A DNA stretch of 41,406 nt from a virus (lineage: Duplodnaviria > Heunggongvirae > Uroviricota > Caudoviricetes). The translations under genes and the position numbers were made by a program. Positions 22,340-31,932 of this stretch are shown here, one piece after another. Location: positions 105,253-146,658 of the IMG/VR virus record IMGVR_UViG_2623620416_000002. The stretch is one strand, 5' to 3'. The notes under the pieces were generated by a model. It made no database searches and was not told the origin of the DNA. It saw nothing but the letters and a program-made list of their open reading frames with translations. The stretch's first letter is position 1; every line of letters begins with the position of its first letter.

Positions 22340-23164
22340 ATGTCTATGGATAAGCCGAATAAACCATACCCAACTCCTCCAGCAACGTCGATTACGTCAA
22401 CGCAGTCGCCGATGCCAATGTATCTTCCGGATCCATCGATCAAGGGAATTAGCTTTGATCAACTATTGAATCAACGTGGTATCCGCTTTATTCATCACAA
22501 AGCTATACCATGTATGAATGTTCAATCTACTGATTTTCAAGCACATGAACCAGATTGTCCATTTTGCGATGACAGCGGAATTATATTTTACGAAAGTAAA
22601 GAAATTCACGGTATCTTTCAAGGAAATAGTATTGAGAAGACATTTGAAGCACATGGTGTTTGGGAAACTGGTACCGCTGTTGTAACATTTCCTACTGAGT
22701 ATCCTGATGGAACACAAGCTGACTTTAATACCTATGATAAATTAGAGATGCCAGATTTTACTGTTCGTCTTTGGGAATTAAAGGGTTATGAACCGCGCCC
22801 AGATGGAATTCAAAGCTTGCGATATCCAGTTCAAAAAGTTGAGTATGCAAGTTCAATTACAGATGGGGTTCAGAAGTTCTATATGCCTGGTGTTGATTTT
22901 AATGTCACTACTGATGGCAATATCCAATGGATTCCTGGCAAAGAACCTTCTTATAATTCAGCTCTAGAACGTGGTGAAGTTGTAGGTTGGGCTTACTTTG
23001 CTAACCCAGTTTATGTCGTGTTACAATCACTTAGAGAACTAAGAATTACACAGGAGCTAATTGGCGGAGTAAAAACAGCCCGTAGATTACCACAGCAAAT
23101 ATTAGTAAGAAGAGACTTTATGGTAGGTTCTGGTGAAAAGATTGTTAATCCTGTCGTACCCTAA
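22340..23164 (+). CDS. Putative neck/head-closure protein
   Basis: FDQLL.QRG...H.KA.PC...DCPFC..SG..FY pattern typical of SPO1/Twort-like neck proteins; first gene of the structural run; TATAAT upstream. Confidence 0.65.
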   Translation: MSMDKPNKPYPTPPATSITSTQSPMPMYLPDPSIKGISFDQLLNQRGIRFIHHKAIPCMNVQSTDFQAHEPDCPFCDDSGIIFYESKEIHGIFQGNSIEKTFEAHGVWETGTAVVTFPTEYPDGTQADFNTYDKLEMPDFTVRLWELKGYEPRPDGIQSLRYPVQKVEYASSITDGVQKFYMPGVDFNVTTDGNIQWIPGKEPSYNSALERGEVVGWAYFANPVYVVLQSLRELRITQELIGGVKTARRLPQQILVRRDFMVGSGEKIVNPVVP

Positions 23165-23219
23165 GTTAACTCACCAGACGAGTTATAATGAATCTATCGA
23201 GTTAACGGGAGCCTATTAG

Positions 23220-24752
23220 ATGCCACAAGCTGTATCACGCAAGCAATATCGTCTGATGCAAGCCATTCTTCACGGAAAGGTTGATGCATCGAAGTCATCA
23301 GGCCGTGGCACGCCTCCAAAATCAGTTGCTGCCAAATACTCTAGTCCTGGAAAAGATGCTCCAGAAACTCATGGTGAAAACCGCGGTGGTTCTTGGGGTG
23401 AAAAACATCACGCTAAAGCTAAAGCCAAAGTAAAAGAAGAACGCGAAAAGCGTAAGAAGTCTAAAAAAGAACTTAAGAAGTCTTTTGAAGACCATTATTC
23501 TGGACATGCAGCTGCAGCACTTGTAATGAATGATAACAACCAAATTCTTCTTGGTCGACACAGCACTGGCGGAATGGCTTTTGCTGGCGGACACATGGAT
23601 TTAGCAGATGGCGATAAAGCTACTTGTGCACTCCGTGAATTAAAAGAAGAAATGGGAATTGTTGGTCGTAATCCTCAGAAAATCTGGTCAGGTAAACTGA
23701 ACGGAAATGAGTGCGACGTATTTCTTATTGAATCATTTACTGGCGAACCTAAATCTACAGATGAATTAAAAAACCCACGTTGGTTTGACGCAGAAGATAT
23801 CCCTTGGGACGATATGCGTGATTGCTGCCATAAACCTTTAGAAGAATTTATCCGCACTAAGCTTGGTAAGTCTCTTCAAGGTATGTTATCAATTGAAAAA
23901 TTAGAAAAGAATGTTATTCGCTCTAGAGGTGATGCTGTTCTTGAAGTTACACACGGTGACGCTTTGCGTCTTGTTGGTAACGGTATGTTCCGTAAGCTTC
24001 GTGAAGAAGTTAAGGATATGAATGATGAAGATTTTAAAGATATTCAAATTGATACATATAAAATCTCTATTCGTAAACACATGAATGATATGTATTCTGG
24101 TCGCGTTGAAGATGGTCACAAAATGATCTATCAATGGACTAATAAATCACTTCCTGAGCTCACTGCAGCATTAATGTCTGTATTTGAATGGTATCTCCCT
24201 GAAGATGAAGACTTTATGAATGACCTTCATGATGATTCATTGGATGACGATGTTATTCATGGTGGAGTTCAAACTCTTGTTGAAAATTACAAGCGTCACA
24301 ATATTGGAAATATTTATCAAGAGATGGAAACAATCCGCGAACAGATCCGCAATGGAACTGCAGTGGACTTGCAACAAGTTGAAGCTCGCATTATGAAACT
24401 CTTTGATAAACTTGAAGAGACCATTCACACTGTATCTGATAAACACAATCAATTAGCTCAACTTGCAGGAAAAGAAATTGATGATTTAGAAGCTAAACTT
24501 CGTGATCTACAAAGCAAAGTCGATGACATGGGTAGAGGTCCTGAAACTGTGACTGCTGTTAGCTCTCACAAGACTAATCCTATGCGCATTCATGACGAGA
24601 ATTATCCATACCTTCCGCGTCCTCAAGTTGAGATCTCTCCTAATGGAGCTATTAAGATCACTTTCGGTTCTGATTGGACTGACCTTGAGAAACAGAATTT
24701 CTTGCATGATATGCGAGCAAAAGCTGTGAAGCGCGAGAAGTCTAATGGTTAA
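23220..24752 (+). CDS. Nudix-hydrolase-domain protein inside the morphogenesis cluster
   Basis: AFAGGHMDLADGDKATCALRELKEEMGI Nudix box; basic N-terminus; coiled-coil C-terminus. Confidence 0.8.
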   Translation: MPQAVSRKQYRLMQAILHGKVDASKSSGRGTPPKSVAAKYSSPGKDAPETHGENRGGSWGEKHHAKAKAKVKEEREKRKKSKKELKKSFEDHYSGHAAAALVMNDNNQILLGRHSTGGMAFAGGHMDLADGDKATCALRELKEEMGIVGRNPQKIWSGKLNGNECDVFLIESFTGEPKSTDELKNPRWFDAEDIPWDDMRDCCHKPLEEFIRTKLGKSLQGMLSIEKLEKNVIRSRGDAVLEVTHGDALRLVGNGMFRKLREEVKDMNDEDFKDIQIDTYKISIRKHMNDMYSGRVEDGHKMIYQWTNKSLPELTAALMSVFEWYLPEDEDFMNDLHDDSLDDDVIHGGVQTLVENYKRHNIGNIYQEMETIREQIRNGTAVDLQQVEARIMKLFDKLEETIHTVSDKHNQLAQLAGKEIDDLEAKLRDLQSKVDDMGRGPETVTAVSSHKTNPMRIHDENYPYLPRPQVEISPNGAIKITFGSDWTDLEKQNFLHDMRAKAVKREKSNG

Positions 24753-25389
24753 TGTATTCCTTGAATTAGAACGCCTTAAAACACATCTACGAGCCCGCGG
24801 GATTGAAGAAGATCACGTAGAGGTGATTGCATCAAAAGCAAATCAAGAGATTGCCCTTGCCATTCGAGAGCGTTTAGATAACGCAATGGAATTGGCGATT
24901 CAATCCGGTGTTCAAAAAGATTCACCAGATTTTATTAATGCTTTACGCCCTAGACCTGATGCTTTCATATTAGAAACTGACTCAGGAATAACTGATTTCA
25001 CTGAACCTCCTATGCCAATGCTAGATAGATTATTAGCTAAGGGAGCAAAGCCAATGAAAGACGGTAGCGGTGTCTATAAAGTTATTCCAGTTGGTAAATC
25101 TAGTAATAATCCAAAGCCACCTATTCATACTAATATATTTGATGCTCAAAAAGCAATTGCAGCAGAACGCTATGAAACTGCAGTTTCACAGTATAATAGA
25201 GTTGTGCCAAAAGGATCTAAGGTTGAATTTAGAACGGCAACGAGTAAACAAAATCGTGCAACCCAATGGGTTATGCCAGAGAAGCCTAAAGACTTCACTG
25301 AAGATTTAGCAGAGATTAATAATCTACTAAATCAAGAGTATGATGAAGTTGTTCTTGGGATTATTCGTAGTTATGAGGAAGGTTTCTAA
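24745..25389 (+). CDS. Putative neck/tail-completion protein
   Basis: FRTATSKQ...QWVMP resembles the FRT.S...W..P motif of large-myovirus neck proteins; position. Confidence 0.55.
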   Translation: MVNVFLELERLKTHLRARGIEEDHVEVIASKANQEIALAIRERLDNAMELAIQSGVQKDSPDFINALRPRPDAFILETDSGITDFTEPPMPMLDRLLAKGAKPMKDGSGVYKVIPVGKSSNNPKPPIHTNIFDAQKAIAAERYETAVSQYNRVVPKGSKVEFRTATSKQNRATQWVMPEKPKDFTEDLAEINNLLNQEYDEVVLGIIRSYEEGF

Positions 25390-26132
25390 TGTCATTTGTA
25401 ATGCCTGAAATTGTAGTACAGAAAGTTATCAGTCATGGACTGAAACAACTTCGTTCTAATAAGGCGGAGTTCTATGACTTATTTCACCAATACTCTCAAG
25501 ATGAACTTAGTGATGACTATGGAACTAAATATATTGATGACTTATGGGCTTGGTTCTCAACAACCAAGATTCCTGTAGTTAAAGCTTGGTCATTCAATGC
25601 TCAAGTTATGCCTTGTATTTCTATTCACTTAGCTAATGAAACCGAAGATGAAGCAAAAGCTTCTATTGGAGATATAGCTGGTATCTTTGATGCAGACGGT
25701 GAAACAGGAACTGGTGTTTTTACGGCTATGGTGGATATTGGCATCCATGCTAATAAAGCAGGCGATTATGTTCTGTGGATGTACTATATAGTTGCTTATA
25801 TTCTTTTTAAGCATAAGCTAATGGCTCATCGCTTAGGATTAAAGTTGCATACGTTTAGTGCTAGTGATTACAATAAAGATAATAATAAGATGGCTGAGAA
25901 TATCTGGACCCGCTGGGTTAGATTTCGCTGTACCACTCAAAACTTCTGGGACGCTGAACGATTTCAAGAAGTTATGGATCTTAATGTGGATCCTGCAGTT
26001 GGCTTAGAGCCAGCTAGTGATATAGCCGCCTCGTTAGATGTAGATATAAATGAAGTCGATACAACAGCTAATAACGGATTAATTGCCAGTAGAATCGGTG
26101 ATGACGACGGGGACGACGACTTAAATATTTAA
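25389..26132 (+). CDS. Putative tail terminator/completion protein
   Basis: Immediately upstream of the sheath; TAATG coupling. Confidence 0.55.
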   Translation: MSFVMPEIVVQKVISHGLKQLRSNKAEFYDLFHQYSQDELSDDYGTKYIDDLWAWFSTTKIPVVKAWSFNAQVMPCISIHLANETEDEAKASIGDIAGIFDADGETGTGVFTAMVDIGIHANKAGDYVLWMYYIVAYILFKHKLMAHRLGLKLHTFSASDYNKDNNKMAENIWTRWVRFRCTTQNFWDAERFQEVMDLNVDPAVGLEPASDIAASLDVDINEVDTTANNGLIASRIGDDDGDDDLNI

Positions 26133-26170
26133 GTACCCCAGGCTGTTAAAATATAGTAAAAGGAGCCAAC

Positions 26171-26455
26171 ATGGCGAAAAAGAATAGACAAGCAAAAGAG
26201 ATGGAGCTTGACGTAACTGAAGAAGTTATGGAAGCGGCTCCTCAAGAAGAGATCGCAGCAGAAGAACCTAAAAAAAGAGCAGAAGCTCCTCAGGTTCATT
26301 TTGATGGATGGTACGCAGCAAGAGCTGCAGCTATTCCTGCGATCCACAAGAAAGAAATCATTAAAGCTGATTTTAAGGGCCGCAAGGTTCCTATGATCGC
26401 AACAATGAAAGAATTCGACGAAGCGTTAAAAATGTATGGGGTCAAGCTAGCATAA
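26171..26455 (+). CDS. Small hypothetical protein preceding the sheath
   Basis: AAGGAG RBS. Confidence 0.75.
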   Translation: MAKKNRQAKEMELDVTEEVMEAAPQEEIAAEEPKKRAEAPQVHFDGWYAARAAAIPAIHKKEIIKADFKGRKVPMIATMKEFDEALKMYGVKLA

Positions 26456-26513
26456 CCTAGCCCGACACTCATGTTATAATTAGGTCAGAAACTTGACTCA
26501 GGAGACTTAACAC

Positions 26514-28736
26514 ATGGCAATAAATGTAAGCTTTAATGGTGCAACCATTTTCAAACCAGGTGCTTACTCTAAGACCACAATCGATCTTGGCGGAGGATTT
26601 CCTCTATCGCCAACTGGAATTGTTGCGATCTTTGGAGAAGCAGATGCGGGTGCTCCTGGCTCCGCGGAAACGAATATCGCTAATAACGTATTCGGTCCAG
26701 ACCAACTAGTTCAAATCAGAGAAAAATACGGACGCGGTAACATCGTTGATGCTGCAAGCTTCTTGTTTTCTCCTGGTGCAGACGGTGCGATCCCAGGTGG
26801 AGCGCAAGCTGTTTATATCTACAAAACGAATTCATCAGTTCGAGCAATGCTTGATCCTGTTGAAGCTGGTGCAACTGATTTCGGTCGTTTGCGCGCTCGT
26901 CAGTGGGGAACTTCTGGTAACCAAATAACTTTCAAAAATACTCTTACTCCGGAGACTGCTGCAACTGTAACTGGTTCTGCACTTACTCTTCCGGTTGTAA
27001 TCACTACTGCTTCAAACGATGTTATTAACTATCGCTTGAATGGTGGAAACGCTGCAGTTGCAACTATCGCTGCTGGGTCATACGCAACTGCTGCTTTGTT
27101 AGCTGCTGCTGTTGACACCGCTTTGGGTGGAGCAATTGAAGTTGATGCTGCTGGATTGACTGCATTACAGTTAACTCAAGGTGCAGGATCAAATTTACAT
27201 CGCAACGGTTCTGGTCGATCTTTCGAGATCTTAGCTGGTACTGCAAATTCATCATTAGGACTTAGCGCAGGAATTTCTGTTGCTGGTTCTGAACCAATGG
27301 CAACATTAATGGTTCGTAATCCTGTTACTACTCTTGAAGAGAGTGCAACAATCGGTGGCGAAATCTTGTTAAAACTTGGTCGCGATAATTCTGGTGGATG
27401 TACTGCTGCAACTGTATCGATCAATGCTTCTTCAATCACACTTGCTCAAACAAGTGCGACACCTGCTTCTATCGTTTTAAACAAAGCGGATTTCCCTAAC
27501 ATTCAAGCAATCGTTGATTATGTCAACACACTTGCTGGATGGTCTGCATCTGCTGGTTCGATTGCTTTGGGACAATTATCTCCAAGCATTCTTGATCAAG
27601 TTTCTGCAATTGGCGCTTTCCACGCTGCTTCAGGAGCTCAACCTGCAAGAATCAAACGTGACGCAAGTCAAGTTGCTGAATTTTTTGCATTGTCTTCACA
27701 AGTTGAATTGATTCCTCTTGCATCACAAGCTGATGTTAAGAAGGTTGGTCTTCCTGATCAACAAGGAATTCCAAATGCTCTTTACTTGAGCGGCGGTTCT
27801 AAAGGAGCAACAGCTTCTTCAGATATCGTAGTTGCGTTAAGCAAGTTTGAAAAGTTCCGCGTTAACAGCGTGATCCCTCTTTTCTCTCGTGATGCTACTG
27901 CAGATATCGCTGATCAGTTAACTGATGCAGGATCTACATACACTATCGACGGTATCCACCAAGCTGTGAAAACTCACTTAAGCTTGATGTCTACTACTAA
28001 GAAAAAGTCTGAGCGTCAAGGTTACTTGTCGTTCAAGGGTTCTTATGCTGATGCTAAGACTCAAATTGCAACCATGGCTGCTGCACGCATCCAAATGGTT
28101 ATCCAAGACGTTCGTCAAGCGGACTCTGAAGGTAACATCAAGTGGTTCCAACCTTGGGCTGGCGCTGCTCTTCTTGCAGGAGCACGTGGCGGTTCGCCAA
28201 TCGGTAACCCAATGACTTTCAAATATTTCAACATGTCTGGTATCCGCCACACAGCTCAACCAATGTCTACTCCAGAGCAAGACGTTGTAGTTGAATTTGA
28301 TCCGGATACTATGTATGATGATGCTATCCAAAACGCAGTAACGTTCTGGGAAGCTCCTCAAACTGGCGGATTCCGCTTGGTTGTTGATAACACTACCTAC
28401 AACAAAGACGGTAACTGGGTTTTCAACCGTGGTAACGTTCTTTATGCGGCTGACGTATTAGCTTACGACTTCCGTAACCAACTTGAGAATATCTATGTTG
28501 GATTAAAGAATACCGTTTCTGCTGCTGAGATTAAGTCTACTTGTGAGGCTATCCTTGCAACTTACTTAGCTCAAGGTATTACTGTTAGTACGTCTGATGC
28601 TAAAAACGGTTTCAAACAGTTGGTTGTTCAAATCAACGGCAACACAGTAAATGTGTCTGTTATCGTGAAATTAGTTGAAGGTATCGACTTCGTGTTAGCA
28701 GATATCACTCTGCAACGCGCAAGCCAAACCGCTTAA
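26514..28736 (+). CDS. Contractile tail sheath protein
   Basis: 740 aa; MAI.VSFNGATIFKPGAYS N-terminus; conserved sheath C-domain (FRLVVDNTTY...AADVLAYDFRNQLE); followed by terminator and tube genes. Confidence 0.92.
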   Translation: MAINVSFNGATIFKPGAYSKTTIDLGGGFPLSPTGIVAIFGEADAGAPGSAETNIANNVFGPDQLVQIREKYGRGNIVDAASFLFSPGADGAIPGGAQAVYIYKTNSSVRAMLDPVEAGATDFGRLRARQWGTSGNQITFKNTLTPETAATVTGSALTLPVVITTASNDVINYRLNGGNAAVATIAAGSYATAALLAAAVDTALGGAIEVDAAGLTALQLTQGAGSNLHRNGSGRSFEILAGTANSSLGLSAGISVAGSEPMATLMVRNPVTTLEESATIGGEILLKLGRDNSGGCTAATVSINASSITLAQTSATPASIVLNKADFPNIQAIVDYVNTLAGWSASAGSIALGQLSPSILDQVSAIGAFHAASGAQPARIKRDASQVAEFFALSSQVELIPLASQADVKKVGLPDQQGIPNALYLSGGSKGATASSDIVVALSKFEKFRVNSVIPLFSRDATADIADQLTDAGSTYTIDGIHQAVKTHLSLMSTTKKKSERQGYLSFKGSYADAKTQIATMAAARIQMVIQDVRQADSEGNIKWFQPWAGAALLAGARGGSPIGNPMTFKYFNMSGIRHTAQPMSTPEQDVVVEFDPDTMYDDAIQNAVTFWEAPQTGGFRLVVDNTTYNKDGNWVFNRGNVLYAADVLAYDFRNQLENIYVGLKNTVSAAEIKSTCEAILATYLAQGITVSTSDAKNGFKQLVVQINGNTVNVSVIVKLVEGIDFVLADITLQRASQTA

Positions 28737-28763
28737 TAACGGATTAGTCATCCTGAGTTTCTA

Positions 28764-28797
28764 AAAAGGCCTAGCAGAAATGCTAGGCCTTTTCTTT
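28764..28797. terminator. Bidirectional intrinsic terminator
   Basis: AAAAGGCCTAGCA-gaaa-TGCTAGGCCTTTT-CTTTT between convergent genes. Confidence 0.92.
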
Positions 28798-28803
28798 TCC
28801 CGA

Positions 28804-29109
28804 TTACTTATTAAAGAAATTCTTATAAAGTGATCCAAGGATTGAATGTAATCCTGAGACTTTTTTGATAGTCATGGTTGCATCGCCTGGTTCGATTTCG
28901 ATGTCGACATCGACGTACATTTCCATAGTAACTTTCGTTACTCTTCTTGAATGAAATTCAAGCTTTAAGAAAGATAGAGTTGATAACTTTTTACCATCTA
29001 ACTCTACTTCTGTGTTAGCTCCAGTACTTATAGTTCCTGGGTTTTTGTTTCGTACTTTAAGTACGGGATATTTGGTCTGGCTCATGGGCCTCTCCTTTGT
29101 TGTTGCCAC
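28804..29109 (-). CDS. Hypothetical protein antisense to the tail operon
   Basis: 101 aa; GGAGAGG RBS before internal MSQTK. Confidence 0.6.
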   Translation of the reverse strand: MATTKERPMSQTKYPVLKVRNKNPGTISTGANTEVELDGKKLSTLSFLKLEFHSRRVTKVTMEMYVDVDIEIEPGDATMTIKKVSGLHSILGSLYKNFFNK

Positions 29110-29236
29110 CTTATAGTGGTAGGCCTATTGTACAGTGATTAACTTAAAGTGGGGTATAGTAACTATAAATGGGTTGCATAGTGCGGCCTAAAAAAATGGA
29201 TGGTAAGGTCAACCACAAGACCAAAAGGATAATAAG

Positions 29237-29800
29237 ATGGCAGCAAAGAAGCCCTCATTTATAACAGGTGCGAACGCTAAGATTAAAGTAGGCGGTAAAA
29301 CGTTTGCTTACGCTTCAGACGTTTCATACCAAATTTCAGTAGACACGATTCCTATCGAAACAATGGGTCGTTACGAAGCAGTTACCAATGAACCGGTAAA
29401 CTACTCTGTAGCTGGCGAATTGTCTGTTGTTCGATACACTGGTATCGCGAAACAAAACAATATGCCTGGAACAAACACAGGTGGTAACGGTCTCGGTAAA
29501 GTCGATTACACAACTGGTGGAAACGGCGCTAACGAAATCAACCCTGGTAACATGCTTATTTCTCAAACTTGGGATTTAGCTGTTTATCAAAAAGAACAAA
29601 CTGGCCTTACAGCTGCTGGTGGTACTGCGCAAGTAACTGACTCTGTTGAGTTCATTACTATCAAAGATTGCCGCTTCACACGTAAGAGCGCTTCGTTGAA
29701 TAAACGTGGTATCTTAGTTGATCGTTTGGCTTTCGTTGGTATCGTTGCGGATGATGAGTCTTTCGACGCTTCATTCTCTGGCGACACAGACCTTACGTAA
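29237..29800 (+). CDS. Tail tube protein
   Basis: Follows the sheath; FITGANAKIKV..KT.AY..DVSY...ETMGRYE...Y.V.G.LSVVRY tube-like pattern. Confidence 0.8.
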   Translation: MAAKKPSFITGANAKIKVGGKTFAYASDVSYQISVDTIPIETMGRYEAVTNEPVNYSVAGELSVVRYTGIAKQNNMPGTNTGGNGLGKVDYTTGGNGANEINPGNMLISQTWDLAVYQKEQTGLTAAGGTAQVTDSVEFITIKDCRFTRKSASLNKRGILVDRLAFVGIVADDESFDASFSGDTDLT

Positions 29801-29824
29801 TCAGAAAATTAGGAATCAATACAG

Positions 29825-30424
29825 ATGGCTGGCATTCGTCCAACATTTATTACCGGCGCTAATGCCAAAGTAAGAGTTAACGACAAAACGCTAGCTTTCT
29901 GTACTGATTTATCCTATTCAGTTCAAGTTCTCACTCAAACTCCTAAAATTTTAGGCATGTATGAAGGTTCCAGTGTTGAGCCATTAGGCTACACAGTCTC
30001 AGGAAGTTTCTCCGTCATACGTTATGCAAAAGATATTAAGAGTAATGCTGGTGGCAAAACTGCTCCTGGTTTATCTGGTAATGATGCTGGTAACGGCGTT
30101 GGAAACTGGGGCGGAGTATGGGGCGGAACTCTAGGTGATTTTTTAGCTCGTAACGGAGTAGGAAATGATGGTCGTGCAAACGAAGCATTAGATCCTTCTA
30201 AGTTTCAAAACGGTGTTACATTCGATATTCAAGTTTATCAAAAGACAGCTACAGGAGATATTGGTGTTGCAAATATTCGCAATGTTCGTATCACTCAAGC
30301 TGACTTTAATTTAACTAAAAAAGGCGCTGCTGTTCAGCGCTTTAATTTTGTTGCTCTATACGTAGACGAAGATAGTTTCGTTGCAGATTTTTCTGGTATT
30401 GGTCAACAGTTTAATGGTGGATAA
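29825..30424 (+). CDS. Tail tube paralog
   Basis: FITGANAKVRV N-terminus nearly identical to 29237-29800. Confidence 0.75.
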   Translation: MAGIRPTFITGANAKVRVNDKTLAFCTDLSYSVQVLTQTPKILGMYEGSSVEPLGYTVSGSFSVIRYAKDIKSNAGGKTAPGLSGNDAGNGVGNWGGVWGGTLGDFLARNGVGNDGRANEALDPSKFQNGVTFDIQVYQKTATGDIGVANIRNVRITQADFNLTKKGAAVQRFNFVALYVDEDSFVADFSGIGQQFNGG

Positions 30425-31053
30425 TGTCAGGTTTTAATAACAGACCAGGTGTAGGACAAAGGTTAACAGATAACGTTGCAAGCAACGCTGCTGGTATCTT
30501 TTCTACTAAGCAGTCTGCTAAATATGCTTCTGGCGCTCGCACCACAATGAAAATCAATGGCAAAATTACAGGTTTTGCATTTGGTATTTCTTGGAGAATT
30601 AATACAGCAGTAACAGAGATTAATACAATCGATGATTACTTTCCTGCAGAACTTGCACCTCAAAGAATTTCTGTTGAAGGTACTATTTCTGCACTTCATA
30701 TTCCTGGTCAATCAGCAGGAACTGAGTTATGGCAACCTGATGCACTTAATTTTCTGTTTCAACAATACATCACTATTGAAGTGAGAGATTCAGCAACAGA
30801 TCAACTTTTATTCTATACAAGCAAGGCTATGATTACATCTAGAAGTGAAGACATACGTGTCGACTCTTTAGCTAATGTAACTCTTCAATGGAGAGCTATT
30901 GGTTTTCAAGATGAGCGCAAGCCTGAGTTAGCAGACGGAGCTAAGTCTACGTCAGCCACTCCAGCCTCAGGTTCTGGCCCAACCTCTCCTCAAAGCCGAC
31001 TACAAGAAGTAGCTGGTCAAGTAGCAAATAAATTAAGAAACTTCGGATTCTAA
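30424..31053 (+). CDS. Divergent tube-like protein (tube initiator?)
   Basis: YASGAR..MKINGKI.GFA..ISW.I...EI.TI..Y...E...I.V.G.IS tube-fold pattern. Confidence 0.6.
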   Translation: MSGFNNRPGVGQRLTDNVASNAAGIFSTKQSAKYASGARTTMKINGKITGFAFGISWRINTAVTEINTIDDYFPAELAPQRISVEGTISALHIPGQSAGTELWQPDALNFLFQQYITIEVRDSATDQLLFYTSKAMITSRSEDIRVDSLANVTLQWRAIGFQDERKPELADGAKSTSATPASGSGPTSPQSRLQEVAGQVANKLRNFGF

Positions 31054-31100
31054 GCCTCTACTGTTCTATAGGTATAATAACTTCTGATTAAGGAGTTACA

Positions 31101-31487
31101 ATGGATCTACCAAGCAAAGAAAAGACTTTCGATTTTGAACATGTCGGTGAAGATACTGGCCGAAAATACGATGGCCGTTTCACAGTGCTATGTACTCTTA
31201 CAGTTGGGCAGAAACACGCCCTTGCATTAGAGAAGACACGTCTTCTTGGAAATTATGCTAACCCTACAGATGATCTTGCTGGTCTAGCAATCATCCTTGC
31301 AAACCTACGCGCTAAAATTGTTGAAGCACCTGAATGGTGGAAACAGTCTGGTGGCGGTAATGGTATTGAAGATGAATCCGCTTTAGTTGTGCTATATCGT
31401 AAGGTTCAGGAGGCTGAGTTCGAATGGAAAGAAGAGCTAAAGAAAAAGACTCAGAAGCCGGATCCATCTCAACCGTCGACGCCATAA
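31101..31487 (+). CDS. Tail assembly chaperone (G-like)
   Basis: Between tube and tape measure; AAGGAG RBS. Confidence 0.7.
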   Translation: MDLPSKEKTFDFEHVGEDTGRKYDGRFTVLCTLTVGQKHALALEKTRLLGNYANPTDDLAGLAIILANLRAKIVEAPEWWKQSGGGNGIEDESALVVLYRKVQEAEFEWKEELKKKTQKPDPSQPSTP

Positions 31488-31927
31488 GAGAAATTGCTAC
31501 CCGCAATGCCAGAGCCGATTTAGATACGGAAGAGCAGCTATTGCTTTTCCTTAAATCATGGTGGTCTCGTACTTATAATCGCCCATTAAAAGATCCCTTA
31601 CTTGAAAACTATACGATAGAAGAACTCTTATATGAGTTTTATGACCGTATTGAACGTCTAAAGGCAGAGCAAGAACGGCTTGAGCAAGAAGATGTTAAGA
31701 TGGAAGAGGATAAAGATAAGCAAGCCGAAGATTGGGCTGAAAAGATGGAGCGTGAAGAGCGTGAAGCTGAAATGCGTTCATCTGCTGCCAAATCTGAAGA
31801 AAAACCTGCTATTGATCCTGCCAAAGATCCTGAGAATATTAAGTGGATGGAGCAACAACTCCAGCAAGCTAAGCAGGTCTATGGTGATACATTTGGTGAA
31901 GACATAGAAGAGAATTTTGAAGAGTAG
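31424..31927 (+). CDS. Tail assembly chaperone, -1 frame extension (GT-like)
   Basis: Overlaps the G-like ORF in the -1 frame; G-AAA-AAG at 31442-31448. Confidence 0.6.
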   Translation: MERRAKEKDSEAGSISTVDAIREIATRNARADLDTEEQLLLFLKSWWSRTYNRPLKDPLLENYTIEELLYEFYDRIERLKAEQERLEQEDVKMEEDKDKQAEDWAEKMEREEREAEMRSSAAKSEEKPAIDPAKDPENIKWMEQQLQQAKQVYGDTFGEDIEENFEE

Positions 31928-31932
31928 GGTAA

